Assembly: GCA_963654805.1 (NCBI GenBank)
Contig: CAVKBL010000009.1
Span: 868-64,867, forward strand
DNA: 64,000 nucleotides
Direction: 5' to 3'
Origin: Lachnospiraceae bacterium
Lineage (GTDB): Bacteria; Bacteroidota; Bacteroidia; Bacteroidales; UBA932
This document shows, in pieces, positions 17,162 through 27,562 of this stretch. Position 1 is the first letter of the stretch; each line of letters starts with the position of its first letter. Below the pieces are notes generated by a model. That model saw nothing but the letters and a program-made list of their open reading frames with translations. It had not been told where the DNA came from and did no database searches. Both the position numbers and the translations under genes were made by a program.

Positions 17162-18994
17162 TTAAAATCTTTTACTTTTAATATCTCCTATCCGCTTGCC
17201 TCCCCTTACAAGCACCGCTTTCACTTCCTGCGAGCGGTTGATGACGAAAGGCTGAGTGTAAAGCGCCGATTCGGGCCCCGGGATGTTCCCGTCGAGGGTG
17301 TAACGTATCTCAGAATCCGGAAGGTCGGACGTGATGGTAACCACCTTGTCATATTCGGTGTCCTTGTGAAACTCTATATATGGGCTGAAGAAGTTGCGGC
17401 AAGCCCCGACTCCGAGAGCATCGAGCCTGTCGAAATGTGTTTCGAGTCTTCGCGTGAAGCCGTCCCAATCTTTGGGAGCCGTCGTCCATCCGCTCTCGGC
17501 GATGGCGCACATTCTCGGCCATGCCATATACTCGACCCTACCCGGAGTAGGCATATATTCCGTCCACACGCAGCCTTCAACTCCGAGTATATACCTCTGC
17601 TCTTCAGCACTCAATACGTCCGGCACAGGATTATATTCATACATGGTGCGCAGCATCGTCGGTCCTCCCATAGCGAGAGGCTCGCTGTCGGGGTCTCCCT
17701 GCCAATAGTCAAGATAATATTTCGGATACGGCGCCATGACTGCATAATGATGCATCTTGGCGGCCTTTATCCCGCCTTCCTCTCCAAGCCAGGACATCAC
17801 CTGAGCATTAGGAGCAAGACCTCCCTGAAGGATTTCGTCCCAACCTATGATCTCGCGGCCGCGGGAATTGAGGTATTTTTCTATCCGCTGCACGAACCAA
17901 CTCTGCAATTCAAACTCATCCTTAAGGCCAAGCCTGCGGATAAGAGCCTGACAGTGCGGGCATTTCTTCCAGCTGGCCTTGGGACATTCGTCCCCTCCGA
18001 TATGAATCACCTTGGAAGGGAAAAGTTCCATCACCTCGTCCAGCACATCTTCCAAAAACTTAAATGTCTCCTCCTTAGGACAATATACCTGACGGAAAAT
18101 GCCCCATTTGGTGGCGGTCTCGTAATGGTCCTCAAGTCCGCAGCTGAGCTCCGGATAGCAGGCTATAGCAGCCAGGGCGTGCCCCGGCATCTCTATCTCC
18201 GGGATAATGGTCACATAACGCTGCGCGGCATATTCCACAAGTGAGCGGACCTGCTCCTGCGTATAATATCCTCCATAAGGCTTTCCGTCATATATGCCGG
18301 AAGCGAGCGAACCGATCACGGTCTCGCGACGCCATTGGCCCTTTTCTGTCAGAAGCGGGTATTTCTTGATCTCCAATCGCCACCCCTGGTCTTCGGTCAG
18401 ATGCCAATGAAACCTGTTGACCTTATGAAGAGCCATAAGGTCTATATACCTTTTCAAAAAATCAATATCGAAGAAGTGCAGGCAACAGTCAAGATGCATT
18501 CCCCGATAAGCGAATCGCGGCGAGTCTTCTATCGTGCAGCACGGCACGGTCCAAGCCCTGACGGACTTTCTCACGGAAGAAAAAATATCCGTATCCAAGA
18601 GCTGCAACAGTGTCTGAAGCCCATAAAATGCTCCGGCACCGTCGCCATATTCGATGACGATGCGGCCCGGCTCCACATGCAGGGCATAAGCCTCGGAAGG
18701 AAAACCCGCATCAAGAAAGAAGATACCTTCATTCTGCGAGAAATCCACATCTGCGATCTTGAGGGAGAAGCCTGATACGGTCTGCAGGCGCTCGTTGAGA
18801 AAGCCTGCGGTACGCAGAATCTCCTCCCCGGCGGCATATATCACGGTATTCTTCGTGATGCTGAAATAACCTTCCCCGCGCTGCACATGCGAAGGCTGAG
18901 GAATGACGCAGATCGCCTCCGCCTCCCGGTTCCCGGACTGTCTGCATCCGAGAACCAGGGCGAGGACTATAATTATACTAACCACTCGTCTCAT
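17162..18994 (-). CDS. GH20 beta-N-acetylhexosaminidase (lipoprotein)
   Basis: DSPRFAYRGMHLD, FHWHLTEDQGWR, IHIGGDE catalytic motif, C-terminal Fn3-associated domain (IRYTLDG). Confidence 0.93.
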   Translation of the reverse strand: MRRVVSIIIVLALVLGCRQSGNREAEAICVIPQPSHVQRGEGYFSITKNTVIYAAGEEILRTAGFLNERLQTVSGFSLKIADVDFSQNEGIFFLDAGFPSEAYALHVEPGRIVIEYGDGAGAFYGLQTLLQLLDTDIFSSVRKSVRAWTVPCCTIEDSPRFAYRGMHLDCCLHFFDIDFLKRYIDLMALHKVNRFHWHLTEDQGWRLEIKKYPLLTEKGQWRRETVIGSLASGIYDGKPYGGYYTQEQVRSLVEYAAQRYVTIIPEIEMPGHALAAIACYPELSCGLEDHYETATKWGIFRQVYCPKEETFKFLEDVLDEVMELFPSKVIHIGGDECPKASWKKCPHCQALIRRLGLKDEFELQSWFVQRIEKYLNSRGREIIGWDEILQGGLAPNAQVMSWLGEEGGIKAAKMHHYAVMAPYPKYYLDYWQGDPDSEPLAMGGPTMLRTMYEYNPVPDVLSAEEQRYILGVEGCVWTEYMPTPGRVEYMAWPRMCAIAESGWTTAPKDWDGFTRRLETHFDRLDALGVGACRNFFSPYIEFHKDTEYDKVVTITSDLPDSEIRYTLDGNIPGPESALYTQPFVINRSQEVKAVLVRGGKRIGDIKSKRF

Positions 18995-21900
18995 TAAAAC
19001 GGTATTTCTACAAGTTCACCGACCTTTTCTCCATTATATTTTATTCCCTGCGCTTTCACGACGGTTCCCTTTTCAGGAACGAAAGGACGGGTGAATATAG
19101 GAGATGAGAGTTCAGGAATACTGCCGTCCACAGTATAGTGTATGGCCGCTTCCGGATAGTCAAGCATCATATCCGCATCTTCCGGACGCGTGAGGTTGAC
19201 GCTGTCGTAATCGAAAATCACGTTCCAATATGCCTTGGAATATCCTACTCTTTCGGCCTCTATCCGCTGCATTTCCTTTTCCATTCTGCATCGGAAAGAC
19301 CACCAGTCCTTGTTGGAGCGAAGCGTCCAGCCGCTTTCTGCCAATGCCGAGGTGCGAGGGAATGCATTATATTCCACTTTACCGCTTTCCGGTGCATATT
19401 CTCCCCACAGACAGCCTTCTACACCTATGATGTATTTCTTGCTGAGCTCCGGAAGAGAATCGACCGCCGGATAGTAATTGGCTATCTTTTTCAGAGGCAG
19501 GAAGCGCGGCTGATTGGCCGGCTCACGCAGAGGCCCCTCCTGATAATAGTTGAAATAGCACCAGCGGTCAGGCGAGAGTATTACTCTATGTCCCGAACGT
19601 ATGCCTTTGGCCGCAGGACCGTGTCCGCGATAAGACTGCGCTATCATCTGTCCGTTGACTCCCTTACCGTCGAGGATCTCATCCCAGCCTATGACCTGCT
19701 TGCCATGAGCACGCAGATATTCACTTATACGGTTCACGAAATAGGACTGAACCTCGTCGTAACTCTTGAGACCGAGCTGTCTCATTATCTTACGGCAATA
19801 AGGGCTGTTTCTCCACGCATCCTGCGGACATTCATCTCCTCCTATGTGATAATATTTGGACGGGAAAAGCGGAAGAAGTTCCGCGAAGACGTCTTCGAGA
19901 AAAGTGAGCGTGGCTTCGCTCGGACAATACACGTCCTTCTTGACTCCCCAGTCGGTAGATACGCTATAAGTCCTGGTCGTATCGCAGGAGAATCTCGGAT
20001 AAGCGGCAAGAGCGGCCGTTGAATGCCCCGGAATCTCTATCTCCGGAACCACCTCTATCTGACGCAGACGCGCATATTCCACGACCTCACGCACATCATC
20101 CTGCGTATAGAATCCGCCGTGAGGCTTTCCATCAGGATTTTTCCCGTTATAATCGGAGGTAAACGGACGTTTCGAGCCTATCTCCGTAAGAAGCGGATAT
20201 TTCTTGATCTCTATTCTCCAGCCCTGATCTTCCGTCAGATGCCAATGGAATTTGTTCAGCTTACGGATAGACATATAGTCTATGAACTCCTTGACAAAAT
20301 CTTTGGAATAAAAATATCTTCCGCAGTCAAGCATCATCGAGCGGTACGGCAGTGCCGGGCGGTCGCTGATACGGCAGCATGGAGCGCTCCATTTCACGCC
20401 GTGAACTCTGTCCGGAGAATAAATCTGAGCCGGCAGCAGCTGTAGAAGAGATTGCAGACCATAGAATGCTCCTGCAGAAGTCGAAGCCTCTATCTTCACT
20501 CTCTTGGGGCTTACTTCCATTCTGTACTCCTCCTCTCCGAGACCTTCCACCTGACGCAGCAGAATATCTGACCCGCGGCCTTTGGAAAGATCTATCCCGG
20601 TGGAAGCCTGCACTTTCTCCATGAAGACGACGGAAGCCTGAGCAAAGGTAGGCTCAACGCTTTCGACACTGAGGTGAGAGCCGGATTTGAGAGTAAATTC
20701 CCCGGGGAGGGGCTCCAGCGAGGCCGGCTCGGGAATTATCCCGTAACAACGCCAATCCTTCTGTGGTTCAGCATTTTCCGAGCGGATCGCATCGGAGAGT
20801 ATCTTCTTCACGCCTTCGGCATAGACAGCCGGAGCCGCCGGAGAAATAGGATAAGGGGCCTTTATGTAAATATGCATCTGTTCAGTCTCATACTCATAGC
20901 CCTTGCGTACCTTATATGCACGCTCCGAAGGCAGGTATGAGTTCTGTCCGTTAGTATATCCGGCGAAAAATATGGTCTTCTGCGGGAAAGCCTCACGAGC
21001 CTCGGACTGATATTCACAGAACGGCTCACCGTCCGAGAAAAAGAACAGCACACCGTCAAGATCCACCACGTGCAGACTGTAGCGCAACTTGCTAGGAACT
21101 GGTCCGGCTTTGAAGCGTTCGAGGATTTCGCCTTCCCATCTGCGTACATCATCACCGAAAGTGGACGACACGGCAGAAGAACAGCGCGCAAGCGAATCGG
21201 CATGATGACGCACGTCCGCAGCGGTTATCTCATCTTTCTGATAAGGAAGATCCACCTTTTCATTTATAAGACGAAGCAGTCCGCGGCTTTTGACCGCAGT
21301 GAACTGCACACCGGAAAGGTCATCGGCAAGTTCACGCCCGCAAGTTTCGGCATAAGCTGCGTCCTGCGGGCCGCGGGCAGGGTCCATGTTGCCGGCAGCA
21401 CCGGTAAGGAAGAACACCTCACCGCCCCATTTTTCGGAAAGAATGCCGGAGCATACTCCGGGATAGTCCGAAGACACGGCCTTGCTGCGAGGACCCATAC
21501 ATACCGGATGACAAGCAAGATTGACTATGCTTACCGTAGGAGCACCCTTGCGGATAAACCGTGCCACATACACATCGTGGTCCACAGGACCGCCTTTTTC
21601 GCATCTGTTCGCGTTGATGAATGTCCTCCCCTTCCCTGTCTGCAGGGTAAAAGGCTTGAACTCAGCATCGGATACGATGGTCTTGACGGCATTGTCCACC
21701 AAAGTCTCCATCATACGGAGCTTCCACGCCAGATTGGTCCCCCCGGCCGTAACGGACGCGCCTCCGCTACGTGGAGCGGAGTGCGTGTGGATGTTATGCA
21801 TCAATATCCTTCCCAGATCAAGGCCCGACCTTTCGGCTATCATAGTCCTTATGGTATCCGAGATGGAAGGTGATATCTCCATCAGATCATTGGAGATGAT

Positions 21901-22128
21901 GCACACCTTCTGACCTTCGGCGTCCCTTATTACAAGACAGTGAGAGCGCAGATTCTGATGCAGTCCGTCAGAAAGGCCCTGTCTTGCCGCAAATCCAGCC
22001 AGCACGACGTGCTCATCCAGTGTCGTGGAGATGTCACACGACCGGTAGTTCATCTCCAGGCGGGAGGATTGGCATCCCACCGCCAGGAAAAGTACAGCTA
22101 CATATTTTATATTTTTCAAAAAATTCAT
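18994..22128 (-). CDS. Neutral/alkaline-ceramidase-like amidohydrolase fused to GH20 hexosaminidase
   Basis: N-terminal LAGF..R, HNIHTHSAP, NLACHP, VSSDYPG, TGAAGNMDP, GEPF, YLPS; C-terminal FHWHLTEDQGWR and YHIGGDE. Confidence 0.85.
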   Translation of the reverse strand: MNFLKNIKYVAVLFLAVGCQSSRLEMNYRSCDISTTLDEHVVLAGFAARQGLSDGLHQNLRSHCLVIRDAEGQKVCIISNDLMEISPSISDTIRTMIAERSGLDLGRILMHNIHTHSAPRSGGASVTAGGTNLAWKLRMMETLVDNAVKTIVSDAEFKPFTLQTGKGRTFINANRCEKGGPVDHDVYVARFIRKGAPTVSIVNLACHPVCMGPRSKAVSSDYPGVCSGILSEKWGGEVFFLTGAAGNMDPARGPQDAAYAETCGRELADDLSGVQFTAVKSRGLLRLINEKVDLPYQKDEITAADVRHHADSLARCSSAVSSTFGDDVRRWEGEILERFKAGPVPSKLRYSLHVVDLDGVLFFFSDGEPFCEYQSEAREAFPQKTIFFAGYTNGQNSYLPSERAYKVRKGYEYETEQMHIYIKAPYPISPAAPAVYAEGVKKILSDAIRSENAEPQKDWRCYGIIPEPASLEPLPGEFTLKSGSHLSVESVEPTFAQASVVFMEKVQASTGIDLSKGRGSDILLRQVEGLGEEEYRMEVSPKRVKIEASTSAGAFYGLQSLLQLLPAQIYSPDRVHGVKWSAPCCRISDRPALPYRSMMLDCGRYFYSKDFVKEFIDYMSIRKLNKFHWHLTEDQGWRIEIKKYPLLTEIGSKRPFTSDYNGKNPDGKPHGGFYTQDDVREVVEYARLRQIEVVPEIEIPGHSTAALAAYPRFSCDTTRTYSVSTDWGVKKDVYCPSEATLTFLEDVFAELLPLFPSKYYHIGGDECPQDAWRNSPYCRKIMRQLGLKSYDEVQSYFVNRISEYLRAHGKQVIGWDEILDGKGVNGQMIAQSYRGHGPAAKGIRSGHRVILSPDRWCYFNYYQEGPLREPANQPRFLPLKKIANYYPAVDSLPELSKKYIIGVEGCLWGEYAPESGKVEYNAFPRTSALAESGWTLRSNKDWWSFRCRMEKEMQRIEAERVGYSKAYWNVIFDYDSVNLTRPEDADMMLDYPEAAIHYTVDGSIPELSSPIFTRPFVPEKGTVVKAQGIKYNGEKVGELVEIPF

Positions 22129-22149
22129 ATTCTACGAGTAAAAACAGGT

Positions 22150-24147
22150 CTAGTATCCGGGATTCTGAACCAGAGTACCGTTGGATTTGGTCATCTCATT
22201 GGCAGGGATTGGCATAAGATAATTAGGCCATTCTCCATTTTTCTTGTAAAAATGCTTCTGGGTAGGAGGGATGTTCAGGCAGCAGTCGCCGTAATCCACC
22301 CAATAGTCTTTCCCGAGCCAACTGTATTTGATGCAGGAGCCCTGTATCTGAACAGCACCTTCGGAGTCTATCTGCGCCTGCTCGAACATGTCCCTGCCGT
22401 TGGCAGTTATGTAATCCGTCCTTTCCTTGGAATTGAGCCAATAGTAGCAGGTATTGTTCAGGCTCTCGTCATAGGTGCGCGCCACACGGTAGATGGTCTC
22501 CGTAGATGAACCGTTCTGCAGTATCATGGTCCTCATACCTATGATAGGGATATTCTCATAGAATGGAGCCGTCTTCCACCGGCGGACATCGAAGTAGCGG
22601 AAGGTCTCGAATGCAAGTTCCACCCTGCGTTCATTGACAAGCCTGTCCCAAAGAGACTCGCCGCTTTCAGTTACTTCCGGCATACCGGCACGTGCGCGTA
22701 TCTTGTTGATATACTGGCGGCACAAAGCCTCGTCACCTGTCATATACGCACACTCAGCATAATTGAGATACATCTCGGCCAATCTGAACCAAGGATAAAG
22801 AAGCGAACCCGTCTCCGATTCGGTTATAGGAGAAGTAGGGATATACCACTTCATCATCTCAAGCCCGGTGGCGCCGGTGGCCGCCCAAAGATGCTTGGCC
22901 TTGGATGTATAGGTAGGCTCCGTATTGCCTTTTGCAAAATCACTTTTCTGTTTGCCTTCGTAGTAGAGCGCCAGATCAAGCGTATTCACATGATAACCCG
23001 AGCCGTCGGTGTTAGGATATTCGCCTCCGTGATAAGCGATGCTCTGATAAAAACGCGGGTCGCGTCCGTCAAAAGGCTTCTGCGGATCATATCCTGAACC
23101 ATCCTCGAAGATTTTTTTGCCGTTGGCCATCTCGTAATCTATGAACATAGCCTGCGTAGGCTCGAAAGCAGTCCATCCGTTGAAATACACTATGGAATAA
23201 AGAAGCTGGGCTTTCTTCATCGAGTTGTCATTGGCATCGGAATTTGAAATGAAATACTTGGCCCAGATAAGTTCCGGAGAATCGGTGTTTTTCCACATCC
23301 CGTCATAAGTCTTGTCCAGACTGTATGCAGCATCCACGTCGGCCCTGTCGATGATGAGTTTGGTAGCGTCAAGAGCACGTTTCCATTTGTCTGCGCTATA
23401 TGTCCCGCGAAAGATTCCGCCTTCCGGACGGTCAGGATCGTTGAAAAGAGGCGACGCGGCCACGAGAGTAAGACGGCTGCGCAGCGCGAGAACCACATCC
23501 TTGTTGATTCTACCCTTGAGTGCGTTCTCTTTAGAAGGAAGAAGCTGATAAGCCTTGTCCAAGTCTTCAAGAATGAAATCCACACAGTCATCGAAATTCG
23601 CCCTTTGCGCGTCATAGACATCCGTCAGATTATATGCCTTGGTGACGATAGGCACACCGGCATAACGCTCTATGAGATTGAAATATGTCCAGGCACGAAG
23701 AAAATACACCTCACCCTTAAGTCTGGTCAGATCATCCTGAGAGATCTTGGTGCCCTTTTCGTCCACATATGCCAGAAAATAATTTATCCTGTATATGCGC
23801 TCGTAAGCTCGGTTCCAGATGTTCAGTATGGTAGTTCTGGTACTATGTGCCGGACCGCCTTCGCTCATATACATGATATTGTCCGGAGTCATGGTGCCTG
23901 AAGCTATGTATCTGGTGGAAGTGCCGCCGTAGCGGAAATATCCCTCGTCCGTAATGCACCCTATGTTTCCCTCCTGGAAAGGATCGGGAAGTACGGTGTA
24001 TATGGCGTTGATATAATTTTCTGCCAATGCGGCGCTGTTGAAGACAGCATCTTCCGAAAGTTTGTCCAGAGGAGTCTTGTCCAGAAAACCGTCGTTACAC
24101 GAAAGTGCGAGCGAAGCAGTGGCAATTATTGCAAATATCTTTTTCAT
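22150..24147 (-). CDS. susD: SusD/RagB family lipoprotein
   Basis: LSCNDGFLDKTP, GEVYFLRAW.YF, RDPRF, FRLAEMYLNYAE, NERRVELAFE, QNPGY. Confidence 0.93.
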   Translation of the reverse strand: MKKIFAIIATASLALSCNDGFLDKTPLDKLSEDAVFNSAALAENYINAIYTVLPDPFQEGNIGCITDEGYFRYGGTSTRYIASGTMTPDNIMYMSEGGPAHSTRTTILNIWNRAYERIYRINYFLAYVDEKGTKISQDDLTRLKGEVYFLRAWTYFNLIERYAGVPIVTKAYNLTDVYDAQRANFDDCVDFILEDLDKAYQLLPSKENALKGRINKDVVLALRSRLTLVAASPLFNDPDRPEGGIFRGTYSADKWKRALDATKLIIDRADVDAAYSLDKTYDGMWKNTDSPELIWAKYFISNSDANDNSMKKAQLLYSIVYFNGWTAFEPTQAMFIDYEMANGKKIFEDGSGYDPQKPFDGRDPRFYQSIAYHGGEYPNTDGSGYHVNTLDLALYYEGKQKSDFAKGNTEPTYTSKAKHLWAATGATGLEMMKWYIPTSPITESETGSLLYPWFRLAEMYLNYAECAYMTGDEALCRQYINKIRARAGMPEVTESGESLWDRLVNERRVELAFETFRYFDVRRWKTAPFYENIPIIGMRTMILQNGSSTETIYRVARTYDESLNNTCYYWLNSKERTDYITANGRDMFEQAQIDSEGAVQIQGSCIKYSWLGKDYWVDYGDCCLNIPPTQKHFYKKNGEWPNYLMPIPANEMTKSNGTLVQNPGY

Positions 24148-24159
24148 ACTCGTTTATTC

Positions 24160-27100
24160 TTAGAAAGTCAGTTTAACACCGGTATTGAAAATTCTCATCT
24201 GCGGATAAGTCTGATATGACTCGTCACTTGTCTCCGGATCGACGTTCTTCAGAGGAGAGAATGTAAGAAGGTTATAACCTGCTATATAGAAGCGGAGATT
24301 CTTGATGTTCAGCTTCTGTGTAAGGAAACTGTTGGTAAGGTTGTATCCTATCTCCACGTTCTTGAGTCGGAGGAAAGATGCGTCACGATAATAGAATGAT
24401 GAACTGTTCACTCCGCCGTTGCTGACATTGGACCCAAGCCTAGGATAGTTGGAGTCCGTATTCGTAAGTGTCCAAGCCTTCTCGGCGGCTTCCTTCTCCA
24501 CGTTTCCTGAAAGAGGATCCATCAGAGGAGCATAGTAGAAGCGTGCCCTGGCCTGTCCCTGGAAAAGCACTGAGAAATCCAGATTCTTCCAATGTCCGTC
24601 GAAAGTGAGGCCATAGACTATCTCAGGAACGGCCGTAAGATCGCACCTCTTTCTGTCGTAAGAAGTTATCTTTCCGTCGCCGTCAAGATCCGCGAATATG
24701 AAATCTCCCAGGGTGGCACCCGACATCTGAGGATATTTCTCAAGGTCTTCCTGAGTCTTGTTTATGCCAATTACCTGATAATAAAGCTGAGAGCCCATAG
24801 GATGACCGGTAAGGTTCATATATTCGTGACCTTCGCCCCAAGGGGTCTCGTCCATATATTTGATACGGTTACGGGCGAACATGAAGTTCCCGCTGAGATG
24901 ATAGGCGAAATCGCTGCCGTGAACTTTGTTCTCATGATGAAGCTGGAGTTCGAAACCCTTGTTGGTCACGATGCCTATGTTTTCGTCCGGAAGGCTGTTG
25001 GTAAGTCCCGTATAATATGGAATGGAAGCATTTCTGGTACAGAGAATATTGGAACGTTCGGTGCTGAAATATTCAACTTCCCAGCCGAAAAGACCATTGT
25101 TCACGCTTCCGTCCAATCCAAGATTCCAAGTCTCGGCCACTTCCCAGGTAATGTTCTGGTTAGGCACTTTGCCTGGAATGATGAAACTTACGTCCTTGTC
25201 GTCGAGACGGAGCTTATATGAAGAACCTGAGGTATATTCATAGGTGGTCATATACTGGAAAGCGTCCACCTGATCGTTACCCTGCTGCCCGTAAGAGCCG
25301 CGGAGCTTGAGGTTGGTAAGCCAAGGAACGTTCTCTTTCACGAACGATTCCTCTGAAAGTCTCCATCCTAAAGACACGCCCGGGAAGAAACCCCAGCGCT
25401 TGTCTGAAGGGAAATTCTCCGATCCGTCAAAACGTCCTATGAACTGGAACATATAGCGGCTTTTCCAGTCATAGCCTATACGGGTGAAATAGCTTCGGCG
25501 TGCAGTCTCGGTAGCGTAACCTCCTATGCTGTACCAGCTCTTGTCGGCAGAACCGGCGAAGAATTCGTCGAGTATGTCGGAATCGTATTTGTTGATGCCG
25601 GCACGGAAATAGTCAAGCCTGTAGGAAGCCTGTTCGAAACCGAGAAGACCAGTGAAGTGATGTCCGTCGAAATCACGGTCATAGTTAAGGTTTACGTTGA
25701 CGGTCGTCTTGCCGCTGTTACGCTGATATTCGTGAAGTACAGGGGTGCTCCAGTAAGATGCGGTCTTCTCCTCGAACGTCTCGGTTACCTCGTCGTAAGA
25801 CCAGTACTGCCAGTTCTTCTGCCAGTTCTTCTGGAAATTACCTATGACATCGTATGCCAGGGTTCCGTTGACGGACAGACCCTTGGTAAGAGCGCCGAGA
25901 TCCCAGTTCAGGGTGAAGGTGGAGTTGATGGTGTTGATGGTGGTCCTGTCATATCCGGTGAGGTCCTGCACTAGAACTGCAGGATTGGACCCTCCGCGAA
26001 GATATCCGTTAGGATAATATGCGGCTCCCGTAGGTTTCAGGCGGGTGGCTATGTAGAAAATACCGTAGCTGTCAGAAGGGAAAGCCGAGTAGTTCTTATG
26101 CTGCTGACGGGCATTCAGGTTGACACCGAGTTTAAGGGCGTCTGTGACCTTGATGTCGATGTTGGTACGGATGTTATACTGGTCGTAATTGGTGGCGGAC
26201 TTCTTATATATACCGTCCTGATACTGTCCGTTAAGCTCGACAAAGTATGCTACATTCTTCCCCCCCCCACTGAAATTCACGCCGTATTTGTGCTGCAGTG
26301 AGACAGGCTTGATAATCTCGTCGAACCAGTTCGTGTTAGGATAATTTATGAGATCATCCCCGTCACGGTAGTGCGCAAGCTGTGTCTCATTATATACAGG
26401 AGCGGCACCGGTAATAGCGAGCTCGGCGTTATATGCGTTAGTGTAAAGAACGGCATCCGCCATCTCCACCAGTCGAGTAGGCTGCTGAAGACCGAGATCG
26501 TAATTGAAAGTGACAGTCGTGCCTTCACCGAACTGTCCGCGCTTGGTGGTGACAAGTATGACTCCGTTAGCGGAGCGTGCACCATAGATGGCACCTGACG
26601 CATCCTTAAGGACATTGACGCTCTCGATCTCATCTCCGGACAGACGGCTGAACTCCTCGTTGCTTCTCGGCACACCGTCTATTACTATAAGAGGGCTGTT
26701 GTCTCCCAAAGTGCTGCGACCACGGATGAACATGGTAGCATCATCCTTTCCAGGTTCACCTGTACGATTACTGATAATGACACCCGACAGACGTCCTGCA
26801 AGACCCTGCGAGATGTTCACTCCGGAATTCTTCGTAAGTTCACGCCCGGAAGTCTGGGTAACGGAACCGGTAAGAGTGAGCTTGCTCTGCGTACCGTAAC
26901 CGACTACCACGGCATCACTCAAGAAAGTGGATTCAGTAACAAGGACAAAGTTCACGGTCTGCCTCCCCTCTACGGCCTGCTCCTGATCCTCAAAACCGAG
27001 AAGGCTGGCTACAAGCACGGCTCCTTCCGGCACTGTAAGGGTATAACGGCCGTCTATATCTGTCATAGCACTGGACATGTTCGTGGCGGCCTGCCCTTTT

Positions 27101-27276
27101 ACATAGACTATGACTCCAGTCAGAGCTTCGTTTTCCGTATCTGTTACGATTCCGGAAACGGTAACAGTTTTGCGATTCTGCGGATATTCACCAGCTCGAG
27201 CCGAAGGAATACCGGATGCGAAGGTCACCGCACAAAGCAAGGCCATCGCAATAAGATGCTTGGTAACAATTCCCAT
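24160..27276 (-). CDS. susC: SusC/RagA TonB-dependent transporter
   Basis: VVVGYGTQ, PLIVIDGV, VLKDASGAIYGARSANGVILVTTKRG, terminal Phe. Confidence 0.95.
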   Translation of the reverse strand: MGIVTKHLIAMALLCAVTFASGIPSARAGEYPQNRKTVTVSGIVTDTENEALTGVIVYVKGQAATNMSSAMTDIDGRYTLTVPEGAVLVASLLGFEDQEQAVEGRQTVNFVLVTESTFLSDAVVVGYGTQSKLTLTGSVTQTSGRELTKNSGVNISQGLAGRLSGVIISNRTGEPGKDDATMFIRGRSTLGDNSPLIVIDGVPRSNEEFSRLSGDEIESVNVLKDASGAIYGARSANGVILVTTKRGQFGEGTTVTFNYDLGLQQPTRLVEMADAVLYTNAYNAELAITGAAPVYNETQLAHYRDGDDLINYPNTNWFDEIIKPVSLQHKYGVNFSGGGKNVAYFVELNGQYQDGIYKKSATNYDQYNIRTNIDIKVTDALKLGVNLNARQQHKNYSAFPSDSYGIFYIATRLKPTGAAYYPNGYLRGGSNPAVLVQDLTGYDRTTINTINSTFTLNWDLGALTKGLSVNGTLAYDVIGNFQKNWQKNWQYWSYDEVTETFEEKTASYWSTPVLHEYQRNSGKTTVNVNLNYDRDFDGHHFTGLLGFEQASYRLDYFRAGINKYDSDILDEFFAGSADKSWYSIGGYATETARRSYFTRIGYDWKSRYMFQFIGRFDGSENFPSDKRWGFFPGVSLGWRLSEESFVKENVPWLTNLKLRGSYGQQGNDQVDAFQYMTTYEYTSGSSYKLRLDDKDVSFIIPGKVPNQNITWEVAETWNLGLDGSVNNGLFGWEVEYFSTERSNILCTRNASIPYYTGLTNSLPDENIGIVTNKGFELQLHHENKVHGSDFAYHLSGNFMFARNRIKYMDETPWGEGHEYMNLTGHPMGSQLYYQVIGINKTQEDLEKYPQMSGATLGDFIFADLDGDGKITSYDRKRCDLTAVPEIVYGLTFDGHWKNLDFSVLFQGQARARFYYAPLMDPLSGNVEKEAAEKAWTLTNTDSNYPRLGSNVSNGGVNSSSFYYRDASFLRLKNVEIGYNLTNSFLTQKLNIKNLRFYIAGYNLLTFSPLKNVDPETSDESYQTYPQMRIFNTGVKLTF

Positions 27277-27325
27277 ATTGTTAATTTTAGTGTTCTTGTA
27301 ATCTGGTTAGCGAATTTCAATAGGA

Positions 27326-27446
27326 CAAATGTATAAATTAATTTCGTTTAATGAAAACTTTTTACAAAAAATTATTGCGATTTTATTTACAAAATGTTTC
27401 GTTCGTACATCAAACAAAACATTTTAATGGCAAATCGTTCGTTCTA
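27326..27446. promoter_or_regulatory. Divergent susC/GH109 control region: -7 element and TTCGTT-type repeats
   Basis: TACATTTG on the minus strand at 27326-27333; tttcgttt near 27342, aaatgtttcgttcgt near 27392, aaatcgttcgttct near 27432. Confidence 0.5.
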
Positions 27447-27562
27447 AGCAAACACCCTTATGACGTCACAGGGGAAAAATTCATATCTCACCCGAAAGTT
27501 TGCTGACAAATCGAAATCCGAATTTTTTTCATAAATTTACGGGCATTTTAACTACATCCACC

